NCBI GenBank assembly: GCA_965153355.1
Contig: OZ231126.1
Location: forward strand, 27,900,001-27,964,000
Direction of reading: 5' to 3'
Length of the DNA stretch: 64,000 bases
Origin: Flaccisagitta enflata
Lineage: Eukaryota
Of this stretch, positions 49,201 to 62,874 are shown in pieces. The notes under the pieces are model-generated. The model did not search any database, was not told the DNA's origin, and saw nothing but the letters and a program-made list of their open reading frames with translations. The position numbers and the translations under genes were made by a program. Numbering within the stretch: the stretch's first letter is position 1; every line of letters begins with the position of its first letter.

Positions 49201-51413
49201 CTTGGAATAAAACCCTCATTAAGTTCTTTTGAATTGAGCCTTTTCTTCACCTGGATTTGGTATGGGCCGTGTTCGTGAAGCATTCCCTCCATGGAGGAGC
49301 ACCCGGGACCTCCATTGAACCAGAGAACCAATGGGTCGTTGACGGGGTCATTCTGCGACTCAACCAGCCAGTAAAACAAATGGCGTGACCCGGTTGACTT
49401 CAGATATCCCGAGTACGACCTGTTTTTTTTTTTTCGGACAGAAAACGCGTTCTTTGTCTTTCATGACTCCTCTCCCCAATTTGCGCGTGGGTAGTTGGCA
49501 GACTGCTTTTGGGGTGTGTCGGTTAAGAAAGATTCTCTCTAGGGTGCGGGATGAAAACTGCTCAATATTGGGTCTTTTCCTAACAGGAGTACGACCAAGT
49601 AAAGTGGTTGCGTTTTGGCCGTGTGGGTAACCGCGTATGTCGGTCAGTCAATCACGCTCCGCTTTAATATGGGGTGTTTCAAATCAAAGCTACAGTACTG
49701 TGCACAGTACAGTAGCACAGTACTGTAGTACAGTAGGTTTGCCTCTACTCCTACCGCCAACTGCACTGACGTTTGTGAGAGCTCTTGCTTTTTCTATTCC
49801 GTCTCATTCACGTCGCTCAACTTCCTATCTGGCTGTCGTCAGCTTTTGTTGTTCCTTTTTATATGCGTCCGTCAGGAACGCATCTCTGTAAGAGGGTCTG
49901 TCCGTTGGTCCGTCCATCCGTCTGTTACGCTTGTGTGCATTTCTTGGCTGTTTTGGCCTCGGAGATCCTAAATATATGTTGAATCTAATGAAAGACAAAC
50001 ATGATATGAGGGCCTTTTTTTCAGTTTTGCCACTCTGTCTTTTCATCTGTCTGCTCATCCATCCGTCACATATTTAGCGCCAAATTTAATACACGCGAAA
50101 ACTCAGTCCGGACGCATCGTTCCTCGGTTGGGTTTGTCTCCTTATTGCCTATTTCAGAAGGCTACACACGCGTGACTGAGGGCCTCGGTGAGGCGGCCGC
50201 TTATCTGGTTGTCTTTTCTCTTCGCTTTCTCGTCACGCTCTGAAAAAGGTAACGTTCTGACGCATTGTTTAGAGGTTTCTGGGGCAGTAAACAAGTCAAC
50301 AAAGCCAGGACAAGCTCATGAATTACGTGCTCTCCACACTATCAGCTCTGACCAAACTGTACTAAATCTAGTCGGAAATTTCTGGTCTGAAGACAAACAG
50401 AAAAGTGGAATGTTGTATTTCAATAACAAGCCAGAGGAGCGCGACACATGCCTCCCGTGGGCAGTCTGGCATGTGTGTAACTCATAGACATGAAACTTAT
50501 GTTCATTTATATGACATAGACGTGCTTTTGAGCACCAAACAGGTCGCCCAAGGGCAATATGTGGTCAGCGATACCCGTTGCCCTGCTTTGAGTGATTGTG
50601 AATTGGAGTGAGGGGAAGAAGGGGACAAAGTCCTGTAGAACACAGGGGGACTTTCGTTCGTCCTGCCTGAAGAAGTAGATGAGATGCTTTAGAGGGCTGA
50701 CTGAAGGCCTTCAAGAGCCTAAACTGAGGTCTAAGAAGGCTGATATAAGGCCTGAGAATGCCAATTGGAAGCTTGAGAGGGCTGACTTAAGGCTTAAGAG
50801 AGCTGGATTAAGGCTTGAAAGGTCAAAGGATTGAGAGCAATAAATTGAGGCTTAGATAGCTGATTTGAAGCCTGAGAGGCCTAATTTGAGGCCTGAGAGG
50901 TCAGGTTTGAGGCCTGAGAGGTCAGGTTTGAGGCCTGAGAGGCTAGGTTTGAGGCCTGAGAATTTGTATTTGCGGCCTAAGAAGCTTGATTTGAGGCCTG
51001 AGAGGTTAGATATGAAACCTGAGAGGCCAGATACGAGTCCTGTGAGGCTGGATTTGAAGCCTGAGAGGCAGAATTTGAGGCCTGAGAGGCCAGATTTGAG
51101 GTCTTAAGAAGCCAGATTTGAGGCCTGAAGGGCCTGAAGAGGGGACGGGGGGGGGGGGATGGACGGATGGACAAACCAACAGAATAACGAAATTCCCCCT
51201 GTTTTACAGGACTTCGTCCTCTTTGGGGCCGCTGCCCAAAAACCGCGCTTTAACGATTGGAAGAAGTCTTTTTTTTTTCTTTCGATTGATGACTTACTTG
51301 AAAGGAGCCTTTTCAGCCAATCCCGGGAGATTGGTAATAAGGCTTTTGAAAGGCGCTCCCAGAGTGGAGGCGACCAAGTGGAGGAAAAGCAAAGCGCAAA
51401 CAACCTTTCCCAT
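31205..51413 (-). CDS. CTSA: Cathepsin A / lysosomal protective protein (serine carboxypeptidase, peptidase S10), complete 9-exon CDS, 479 aa
   Basis: Exons on the minus strand: 51413-51298, 49419-49251, 49150-49072, 48926-48792, 48704-48440, 48310-48207, 33639-33463, 32619-32381, 31360-31205 (TAG). All junctions are GT-AG and phase-consistent, total 1440 nt. Signal peptide [53 protein letters not shown]; catalytic Ser in [27 protein letters not shown]; catalytic Asp in YNGDLDLAC; catalytic His in KGAGHMVP. Confidence 0.95.
31722..32010. repeat. 21-bp minisatellite (AGCTCTATCAGACCTATCCCT)n
   Basis: About 13 units in the last CTSA intron. Confidence 0.9.
33061..33382. mobile_element. hAT-like MITE
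   Basis: TIRs CAGGGGTGTATATTCTTGAGT / ACTCAAGAATATACAGGCCTG; 8-bp TSD TTTTTTTG on both sides. Confidence 0.85.
34674..34855 (+). mobile_element. Short HINE/DINE-1-like dispersed repeat (representative copy)
   Basis: TTTTTAGTCGCGTGCACGCGACT palindrome, a GTCY/GTTG microsatellite, CACGCGACT subTIR and a GCCGTGTATCCGGY hairpin ending in CTTG. Related copies at ~6993-7312, 18067-18320, 21205-21345, 22260-22350, 27073-27260, 27825-28043, 30877-31069, 31600-31715, 49856-50137, 52038-52269, 52398-52630 and 58549-58685. Confidence 0.7.
35006..35796 (+). repeat. 5' LTR (791 bp)
   Basis: TGTGACAC...CGCTCTCA. It differs from the 3' LTR by 8 substitutions and two 1-nt indels by manual comparison. Confidence 0.97.
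35797..35808 (+). promoter_or_regulatory. Primer-binding-site position, complementary to an LTR-internal 12-mer (candidate self-priming PBS)
   Basis: ATTCGTGGAATC directly abuts the 5' LTR end and is the exact reverse complement of GATTCCACGAAT at 35632-35643 (and 47313-47324). No standard TGG-initiated tRNA PBS is recognisable. Confidence 0.75.
35841..38973 (+). pseudogene. gag: Bel/Pao gag region, disrupted
   Basis: ATG at 35841 (MSTANNNAN...), in-frame TGA at 35925, a frameshift near 36370-36470, in-frame TAG at 38365 and TGA at 38971. It contains an E/K/R-rich helix and the Bel/Pao triple zinc knuckle [13 protein letters not shown] / [14 protein letters not shown] / [13 protein letters not shown]. 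Confidence 0.88.
38974..42990 (+). pseudogene. pol: Bel/Pao pol: aspartic protease, reverse transcriptase, RNase H, integrase (one internal TAA)
   Basis: Same frame as the gag 3' half. Protease [27 protein letters not shown]; RNase [25 protein letters not shown]; integrase [27 protein letters not shown]-terminal [10 protein letters not shown]. In-frame TAA at 42055-42057 (MAPLP*RRL). Confidence 0.93.
43537..45848 (+). CDS. Additional retrotransposon ORF of unknown function in the env position (43537-44124 plus 44058-45848, probably one frameshifted ~770-aa ORF)
   Basis: Two long overlapping GC-rich ORFs between integrase and the PPT. They encode a charged coiled coil, an acidic tract, Pro/Gln/Arg-rich disorder, basic [11 protein letters not shown] and C-terminal [12 protein letters not shown]. 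There is no signal peptide, transmembrane segment or Cys-rich ectodomain. Confidence 0.7.
46675..46685 (+). promoter_or_regulatory. Polypurine tract (plus-strand primer)
   Basis: AAATGGGGGGAC immediately 5' of the TG start of the 3' LTR. Confidence 0.75.
46686..47476 (+). repeat. 3' LTR (791 bp)
   Basis: TGTGACAT...CGCTCTCA, preceded by a G-rich PPT and followed by the TSD GTAGG. Confidence 0.97.
50560..51243 (-). mobile_element. Dispersed repeat with internal 21-bp tandem units (second HINE-like family)
   Basis: GTCCTGTAGAACACAGGGGGA..CCCCCTGTTTTACAGGAC inverted pair and (TTTGAGGCCTGAGAGG...) units. Related copies at ~24085-24550, 26455-26700, 27388-27750 and 62202-62600. Confidence 0.65.
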
Positions 51414-51520
51414 TTTTGTGGTTGTGGAAGTCCTGAAGATTAAAAAAAGGTCACGGGACCTAAGTCGAGTGCTATGCTTTGGCGGTTTTGAACGACGAAA
51501 CGGACAAAAAAACTTATATA

Positions 51521-51931
51521 CACATGGACGCAAACTAGAACGTGATGAGGCGCCCAAAGCAAAAGAAATTTAGCACCCCCCCTACAGCCACATAGGCTGA
51601 CTGAAATTTTTCATTGAAAATCATTTTGAGTAATTTGGGGGAATAAAATTGCGTTATTAGAGTGATTTTTGAGATTGTAACTAAAACTTTGAAATTTATT
51701 AGTTTTACTCATAAAATATATATTATTAAAAAAAAAATAAAAAAAATAGAGTAACAAGTGATAAATTTTAAGGGTCTAAGTACAATCTCAAATTTCTCTC
51801 TGATGACGCCATTTATATTCCCCTTAGTCACTCAAAACAACTTTTAAACAGAATTTTCATTTAGCCAAGTTGGTTGTAGGGGGGATGCTAAAACTTTTGG
51901 CGCCTCATCACACTGTATTTTGCCTCCATAT
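51521..51931. mobile_element. TIR MITE immediately upstream of the CTSA start codon
   Basis: Long imperfect TIRs CACATGGACGCAAAC..GTGATGAGGCGCC..CACCCCCCCTACA / TGTAGGGGGGATGCT..GGCGCCTCATCAC..TTGCCTCCAT. Confidence 0.75.
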
Positions 51932-53272
51932 TTAGACATTGGGGTGTTAAAAATTTTGCGGTCTGTAAGCGCGTGCGCCGTGCGGTTGAACAGGGACAGT
52001 GATTCACTTGCCATTGTGGTTATCGGGGAAAAAGCAGAAACAAGTGACGCGGGGTCACAATATCGTTGTGGATGGGTGGGCAGGGGCAGCCAACTCCCAT
52101 CTACACTCAACGCCCCTCCCAACATCCTTCCAACACAGATATAAACACAAAGCTTCTGAAACGCTCGTTTTCTTACTTGACGACTCATGCTTACGGACCA
52201 GCGGACGGAACGACGGACCAATGGACAGACGGACAAAGCCTCTTATAGAGTTGCGTGTCCGCAACTAAACACTGCTTGAGAACCAAAATAATTCTGTTGG
52301 ACGGATAGATGCACGAACAAACAGTTCATCAACCATCAAAGCCTGCCAGAGCGACATGCCAGCAAAGAGTACCAATCCTCGTGATGTTTAGCATGCTAAC
52401 AAGTGACGCAGGGTCACAATATCGTTGCGGTCGGGTGGGCAGGGGCACCCAATCCCCAATCCCACCCCTAACCACTCCTGCCACGCACTCACATGCCCAC
52501 ACACACACATAAAAACAAATGCAGTATCATACATGCGCGTTTTTCGCGTTTTCAACTCGAGCGTGACGGACCGACCAACGGACGGACGGACAGACAAAGC
52601 CTCTTATAGTGTTGCGTGTCCAAAACTGAAGAGTGTGAAAGAATAACGGAACGAAGACAGTGTGACTTAAAACGCTCGCTCAACACTTATATGGGCTTTC
52701 GGCGTCAGCCCTTCTTTGGTCGATTTGTTGCATTTGCAGAGGAGTTGCAAGGTCATCTGATCGGGGAAAAAATCGAAGTTAGTCTTCGATTTTTTGACAT
52801 ATTTGAGAAAAATATGGTTTTTGTTTTCTTATGTGAAAATTGAGAATCTCAACCGAGCGATTGAGGCTTCCAATGAAATTTATAGGGTAAGTAAATTTGA
52901 TAATTCTCTTTCATTTGGCGCCAAGCAGAATGTTCTACGACCAATATTTTTTGCGTTATGATTTTTTAAATATTTATTTACAAAAAAATTTAAATAGAAT
53001 TTTTTTCGATTTATCATAATTTTAAGGAGAATCAATAAAGGAGTGTATTCATGTTTGTTTGAGCATGCAAATACAAGAAAACATGTCTATGAGCATAGCT
53101 ACTTATCTGTGAGGGTGTTTTTGAGCATTCTGGCTCATTTTGCTCAATCTTTTTTTCTGATTTCAAATGCGATAAATGAATGTTAAAGCAAGCAGATACA
53201 AAAAAACATATCAGTAAGCATAACTGCTCTTCTGTGAGGGTGTTTTTGAATATACTAGTTCATTTAGCTCAC

Positions 53273-54995
<1,723 letters not shown>

Positions 54996-55108
54996 TTTTA
55001 TAGGATAAATAGATAAACATTTGATGTGAGCATGCAAATATAAGAAAGCATGTCAATGAGCATAACTGATTGTCTGGTTGAGTGATTTTAAGCATTTTAG
55101 CTCATCTA

Positions 55109-56490
55109 CAGGCCTGAATTTAGCAATTTTGTTGAGCGTGCACACCGGGCACGCTCCTCACAGTTTAAGCGTGCCCGACAGAGAATGAGCGTGCCCGGTT
55201 TTTGACCTTATCTTTACATTTACTTTAGATTCAGTCATATAAACAATACATTACTATAGTGATCCCCCAGCATTTGTGTCCACATTAAGCAAAGAATAAA
55301 CAAAAAAGGGAAGAAAAATGATGCTAGTTTATTTGTGTTCTTTCTTTTTGTTACAATATCAAACAACTAAAGTCCTTAAAACCTATTATGACTGAATAAC
55401 ATTTCTGTTAATTCAGAATTACCCTTGATGAATAAAAGACAAAACAAATGAACAAACAAATAGACAAATGAATGAATAAATGTTGAAATGAGAGTTAACT
55501 CAATTGAGTTTTCCTTTGATAGATGGTTTCAGAGATGCATCTTCATTTTAATACCATACGACATGGTTTTTTTTAATATGAGATTTTCACTGCCACAGCT
55601 GATTTTTCACTCCCAAGATAAATTGATCAGACACTTTCAATGAGCCACCTAGAAGTTGTGGATGTGTATTTTTGTTGAGAATTTTCATGGATATCTCATA
55701 AGGATGACTTATTTAGTGTAAAAAGTAATAATATGTGGGTAAAAATGCAACTTTTTATAAAGAAAATTATCTTTTATCACCAGACAAGCCCCACGAAAAA
55801 TTCTTAATTTGCATTGAAAATGACTAAATCAAAAAACTAAAAACATGGCCCTTGTCTAAAGACGTATAAGAAGGGAGCCATGTTCTCGGAAATGCAAAAA
55901 AATTCAACCGGAAGCAGATTAAGAATTTTTCGCAAAACCTCATCACAATTTTTATCACTCAATTTTCAGTAAATCGTTTTCCTATTCCCTATCTTTTTCT
56001 CAGTATGTTGATTATAAAACGTATCCCCGCTACGAATCTGGGTTGGAAGAGCGCAGTGATGTGATTACCACTCAGAATCAGCAGAGAGAAGCAATAGTGT
56101 GAAGGGAAATCCATGAATTAGCGCTAAAATATAGCTGACAAAATTATCGCGCGATTGCGCCGAGCGTGTCATACACCCTGTAAAATAAGGAAAAGAGGAA
56201 TAAATGAATGAATGAATAAATGGATGAATGAATGAATGAATGAATGTATAAATTGATAACTGGCAAGATGAATGAATAATTGAGATGATAATTTAACAAA
56301 TCTAAAACCTGTTTCAAACAAATAAATGATTGATCTCCACACAAAGAAAAAAAAATTGTAACCTTTTAAAAATTTTGATAGTCCTATGTGAGAGGAGAGT
56401 GCCAGCCGGGCACGCCATCAGCAAAACCAGCGTGCCAGACAGCAAAACAGAGTGCATCGGGCACGCGGGCACGCTCTAAATTCAGGCCTG
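55109..56490. mobile_element. hAT-type non-autonomous DNA transposon, copy 1 (1382 bp)
   Basis: 15-bp TIR CAGGCCTGAATTTAG / CTAAATTCAGGCCTG; 8-bp TSD CTCATCTA; subterminal GCGTGCCCG/GGGCACGC motifs. Confidence 0.93.
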
Positions 56491-56522
56491 CTCATCTAGC
56501 TCAATTGGCTCAGTCCTATCTT

Positions 56523-57904
56523 CAGGCCTGAATTTAGCAATTTTGTTGAGCGTGCACACCGGGCACGCTCCTCACAGTTTAAGCGTGCCCGACAGAGAAT
56601 GAGCGTGCCCGGTTTTTGACCTTATCTTTACATTTACTTTAGATTCAGTCATATAAACAATACATTACTATAGTGATCCCCCAGCATTTGTGTCCACATT
56701 AAGCAAAGAATAAACAAAAAAGGGAAGAAAAATGATGCTAGTTTATTTGTGTTCTTTCTTTTTGTTACAATATCAAACAACTAAAGTCCTTAAAACCTAT
56801 TATGACTGAATAACATTTCTGTTAATTCAGAATTACCCTTGATGAATAAAAGACAAAACAAATGAACAAACAAATAGACAAATGAATGAATAAATGTTGA
56901 AATGAGAGTTAACTCAATTGAGTTTTCCTTTGATAGATGGTTTCAGAGATGCATCTTCATTTTAATACCATACGACATGGTTTTTTTTAATATGAGATTT
57001 TCACTGCCACAGCTGATTTTTCATTCCCAAGATAAATTGATCAGACACTTTCAATGAGCCACCTAGAAGTTGTGGATGTGTATTTTTGTTGAGAATTTGC
57101 ATGGATATCTCATAAGGTTGACTTATTTAGTGTAAAAAGTAGTAATATGTGGGTGAAAATGCAACTTTTTATAAAGAAAATTATCTTTTATCACCAGACA
57201 AGCCCCACGAAAAATTCTTAATTTGCATTGAAAATGACTAAATCAAAAAACTAAAAACATGGCCCTTGTCTAAAGACGTATAAGAAGGGAGCCATGTTCT
57301 CGGAAATGCAAAAAAGTTCAACCGGAAGCAGATTAAGAATTTTTCGCAAAACCTCATCACAATTTTTATCACTCAATTTTCAGTAAATCGTTTTCCTATT
57401 CCCTATCTTTTTCTCAGTATGTTGATTATAAAACGTATCCCCGCTACGAATCTGGGTTGGAAGAGCGCAGTGATGTGATTACCACTCAGAATCAGCAGAG
57501 AGAAGCAATAGTGTGAAGGGAAATCCATGAATTAGCGCTAAAATATAGCTGACAAAATTATCGCGCGATTGCGCCGAGCGTGTCATACACCCTGTAAAAT
57601 AAGGAAAAGAGGAATAAATGGATGAATGAATAAATGGATGAATGAATGAATGAATGAATGTATAAATTGATAACTGGCAAGATGAATGAATAATTGAGAT
57701 GATAATTTAACAAATCTAAAACCTGTTTCAAACAAATAAATGATTGATCTCCACACAAAGAAAAAAAAATTGTAACCTTTTAAAAATTTTGATAGTCCTA
57801 TGTGAGAGGAGAGTGCCAGCCGGGCACGCCATCAGCAAAACCAGCGTGCCAGACAGCAAAACAGAGTGCATCGGGCACGCGGGCACGCTCTAAATTCAGG
57901 CCTG
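56523..57904. mobile_element. hAT-type non-autonomous DNA transposon, copy 2 (1382 bp)
   Basis: Same TIRs; its own 8-bp TSD CCTATCTT; about 7 substitutions versus copy 1. Confidence 0.93.
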
Positions 57905-59945
57905 CCTATCTTTCTCTGACTTTCAATGCAATCAATACATGCAATTACTCTTGATTTGATTTAACAAATATAAAAATTTACATAAACTGGTAATAAAAGT
58001 TTGGTGAAAAATGACCAATGCTTACGACTTTTTTCCTCACGGCGACAGCCGCCATTCCTGGTAGTAGATTCACCCGTTGTTTGTTTCTGTTTTTGGGGTT
58101 TTTTTTTTGACAATCGATTTGCCCAAGTCTGTGAGTTGGTATGAGTGTCTTGTCGGTCTGTCTCCGTCGTATTCTGGTTTTAACGTCAACTCTAAGCATC
58201 AATCAATGTGTCAGTCCTGGGATCAATTTCGTTCTTCGCATAGCTTCCCCTGCCCCTCTCTACGTGACTAGCATCCGTGCATCCGGCCTCCCCTCGGTGT
58301 TGAGGTATGGCACAGTTGATCTGAGATGGGTTTAAAAAAATACTTAAAAGGAAAAGAATTACTTCCACCTTAAAAGTAGCGTCAACTTCGGTAGAAAGCT
58401 AAATAATTGCACAACCAGGCTGGTCTCTTATCAAACAATTATCTCAACACTTTCACATGCAAAAGAATCTGCATTTGGGGTCTGTGGCTTAATTCAGAAG
58501 GCAGCAACTCTCCCTTGATCGCTGCATTTTCCCAGGCGGTAGATTTGAAAACAAGGCCGGATACACGGCCAATACCAGTCGCGGACGGGTGGGCAGGGGC
58601 GGAAATGCGTACTTTTCGACTCGAGCGTGACGGACCGACCAACCAACCGACGGACGGACGGACAAAGCCTCTTATAGAGTCGCTAGTCCGCCCTAAGCTG
58701 CAAATTGTATGGAGACTTATATTTAGTTTATTCACATGTGATGAAACATGTAGCACTATGTAGAAAAAAGAAAAATGGATAAAATGGACACGAGCAATAG
58801 AAAAATGTAAAGTATGCATCTTCATGATCTTCAGATCAGAGACAAAAAGATCACTTATGGAGACTGGAGAGTCGCTCTTTTATAAACCGGTGAGGCGGAC
58901 TGATACAGCCTTATATAGTCCACGACTAGAAAAGAAAAAGCTCACACTCGGCACTCGAGCGTGATCATTATCGGCGGTCGGCATGGGAAAACACCGGCTT
59001 AATCAAGTCGGTTTGAGAGCCGGCGTTGCAGTGATTGAACGGAAGGCGGTCGCGCGTGATTTATATTCATTAGTTTCTTGTTTTCCTTCACAACAAAGGC
59101 TGTAACCTTGTGATTACAACACAAGTGTCATTTCTCTATCATCGTTGGGTTCCACGCTCTTGAATTCTTCAGTATTCCAGTGATAAATATGTGCAACATT
59201 TTATTCCCAAAGCGGATCTACGGTCTATTGTTTTTCATTATCGTCAAGAGAGATTAATTGGATTCTTTTTGATTTTTTTCCTTCCCGAGTGATTGAAAAT
59301 GTGACATGCCGCCAGATGGTGGTTTCCAACTCACAAAGCCGCCGTCTGTCCAATGTCCATCATTTTTTCCGTCTCTTGACATTTAACTACGATTGCGCAG
59401 CTCTTGAATTTAGCACACCGTCGGTCGGTCGGTCGGTTTGTCGGTTCTTTGGACGCTCTGTGAAAATGGTCTGTCCCCGCCAAACGTATACCATTGACCA
59501 AATTGTATATCACTTCAATATCACCCAGGGTTTTAGGGAGCGTCTGCTCATGAATAATTAACACTGCCACACGTTGGACCATGCTCTGTTACATTTCAGG
59601 CTGCATCGATCACGTGCAAATGGAGTGATGAATGGACGCTCGAACGGGCAGTGACCTTCTGACAAACAAGGTCGCGCGTAAGCAAAAGTAATGGATTCAC
59701 GGGTTTTTAAACTTTTCATATGATCTCATTTGTTTCAAAATTATTATTATGGCAACAATAACAATGGTGAGAACAGCGCAGTCAAACTATTACAAAGTAT
59801 AGCATCATGGGAGAACCTGCCTTTTTTCGGATTCGAACACTTCAACCCTTGTTTCCCACCTTTTATGGTGTCGCCGTCACAAGCGGCTATTGCCCCTCGC
59901 ATTGACGCGACGCCATGAAGGGGTCGTATCTACGTCATCATCGCC

Positions 59946-60038
59946 ATGTTGATCAAGGAATACAGAATTCCGCTCCCCCTCTCCGTGGAAGAATACCGAA
60001 TAGCTCAACTTTACATGATTCAAAAGAAAAGTCGACAG
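59946..60038 (+). CDS. rdgB: First coding exon of a membrane-associated phosphatidylinositol transfer protein (rdgB/PITPNM/Nir-like); the gene continues beyond the window
   Basis: cgccATG followed by MLIKEYRIPLPLSVEEYRIAQLYMIQKKSRQ and a GT donor at 60039. This matches the conserved class II PITP (rdgB/PITPNM) N-terminus. It is not in the ORF track because it is short. Confidence 0.88.
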
Positions 60039-60211
60039 GTAAATCGAGGATGAAGCCCATGCGCGCGCTGCATACTGTTGCATGCATGGCGAAATGTTTT
60101 GACGTGTAGCGATTGATTAAGCCAATAAGCTATGCGGACCGTTGGACTGCAGCAATGGTCGATGCCGCATATTCTTGCCGTTTGAATCTAACTCTTTAGA
60201 TGCAGTTCTCA

Positions 60212-61211
60212 CACCGTGGGCCTTAATTGGATACGAGTTTAAAAAAATCCCCGAAGGTAGTGACTTACATAAGTAGGTATACAATAGATTGGTATTGACT
60301 GGAAAAAAAATTCCTTTGAAACTTACATCAGTCACTAGGGATTTGATATTTTGTTATAATGTATAGACCCTAAGGATTGACGATGGTATGACATTCTACT
60401 TGTTAGAATTTTCAAAATATCACACTTATATTTTTATGATAAAACAACAATCACTTTTTCTGAGCACCTTATCAAAATCAACTTTAATTGGAAAACCTGG
60501 AATTGAATCTTGAACTTTTAAAAAAAAATGTCAAGAGATTTAAGTCAAGTGAGTTAACCACTAGACCAATTCTTAAGATTTTCAAGGGAAATTTTTTTAG
60601 TATATTCAAAAGAATTTTCTATCCACAGAGCTGCCATACCTCATCGTCAACCCTATAGGACATAAGCATTATACAGACACAGTTTCATTTCATTGGCGCA
60701 AATGGTAGTTAGGATATGAGGGCCCCCGTATTTCCAAGTCTAGACGACATCTACTGTATAAGGGAGAGAATTGATACCGATTGTTAAAAAAAATTCCTTT
60801 GAAATTTTTTACAAAAATCACTAAAACATTTAAAATTTTTTTAATGTTTCATATAAATCTTTAGGATTTATATGTTTTGGAATTCTATTCTTGTTAGAAT
60901 TTTCAATCATTTGATAGGTCACACTGTATATTTTTATGATAAAACAACATTTTCTTTTTCTGAGCTTCCGTTATAACAAAAACAACTTATCAAATGGTTG
61001 GAAATTTTGCCAGGAATATGAATCTTGAATCGGAATTTCCAAAACTATAAATGTTAAAGATTTATATTCAATATTCAAAAAATTTTAGTGATTTTCAAGG
61101 GAAATTTTTTTCTTGAGTGAACATCAATTCTCTATTTCAAAATATCCCTAATAATACAAATTATTACTATCGGGGATTTTTTTGAACTCGTATCCAATTA
61201 AGCCCACTGTG
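60212..61211. mobile_element. Transib-like MITE in the first rdgB/PITPNM intron
   Basis: About 50-bp TIRs CACCGTGGGCCTTAATTGGATACGAGTT..ATCCCCGA / (reverse complement) CACAGTGGGCTTAATTGGATACGAGTT..ATCCCCGA; the TSD is not cleanly preserved. Confidence 0.65.
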
Positions 61212-61421
61212 TTCACGGCAAGAATATGTGGCACTTGATTGTCATGGTAATAAAACGACATTCTTCCACAGCCCACACTAACCATGTCTCTATTCACTCT
61301 TGAACCATTGAAGGAATCTCCGGGACTTCTGTGTCTCTTTCTTTCCTTCCGTTCTCCCTTTCAATTTTCTTTGTTCCTCACTCTTTCCATCTTTTTCTCA
61401 CTCTTTTCTTCTTTCTGTTTT

Positions 61422-61460
<39 letters not shown>

Positions 61461-61578
61461 CTTTCTATTTTTCATTTATCTCTCTCTGTCTCTATCTTTC
61501 TCTTTCCATTTTTCATTTATCTCTCTCTCTCTCTATCTTTCTCTCTCTTCCACTTGTCTGTCTGTCCCTGTCTCTCTC

Positions 61579-61776
<198 letters not shown>

Positions 61777-62874
61777 GTCCTCTCTTCCTCCCCCTCCTCT
61801 CGCGCCCAACGGAAGTCGTCGTTCCTTTTCTTCCATTTTTCTCCCACTTTTTTTTCCTTCCTTTTCCTCCTACAATTCATTTTACCTCCCAATTTCCTCC
61901 ATCCAATTTGTTCTCAGTTTTTCAATTTCATGAAGATCGTTTTTTCTCTCCTGTTGGAAATCGTTCACTAATTACTTCCGCCTCATTCAGCCTTTTTTGA
62001 CAACCTTTTCCTCCTGAGAATATACTGTCTTTTTGCCCCCATTTGACAGTCATCGTACTGTGATTCTCGTCGTGTTCTCTTCAAATAACGGTGATTGAAC
62101 TTGTTTTTAGTTGCGTACACGTCCGTCGTCCGTCGGTCTGTCCGTCGGCCCATTGGTCCGTCAGCACGAGTCAAAAGTGGGAAAACGATCATTTTAAAAG
62201 CTTTTTGGGCAGCGGTCCCGAATGGGACAAAGTCCTGTAGAACACAGGGGGAATCTGTCCGTCCGTCCGTCTTTCCGTACGTCCGTTCCCCCCCCCTGCC
62301 CCATCCTCAGGGCTTTCTCCTTTGGGGCCCAAATCCAAACTGCATGGCCCAAATCCAAGCAAAATAGCCTAAATCCAAGCAAAATGGTCCAAGTCTGGCT
62401 AGAAAACCTGAATTATGGTCCAAGTTATATCATTTGGCCCCTTTAACCTATTTCTGGCTTCTGATACCTAGATTCCGGCTTCTAAAACCCACATCCTAGC
62501 CTTAGAGACCCAGACCTTGACCTCTGGGACTCTGATTCTGGCCTCATAGACCCAAATCCTGGCCTCAGAGACTTAAATCCCTGCTCCCAGACCAAGAAGA
62601 GAACCAGTAAGAGAAAGAGATACGATAAATTTGCAATGTGTGTGTAGTGAATACCTTTCCATGGGCAGGTACATCTGTCTGTTTGTCGGTAAAACGATTT
62701 CTTTGGTGAATCGATATTGGACAAAAAAAAAAAAAAGATTGCTTGGCACTGTTTTACCTTGCCTTGTTTTTGTTGTCACTTGTCTCTGTGTAGCAAACTG
62801 TCTTCTATTAGACCACTGTCCTCCATTAGCCTGTCCCTTTCTATCCGATTGTCTGTCTGCCTATCATACTTTTC

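Noticed and set aside
51513-51520. TATA box (TATATAAG, minus strand) for CTSA
   Set aside because: It coincides with a MITE insertion boundary, and a splice acceptor lies between it and the ATG, so a promoter role is unsupported.
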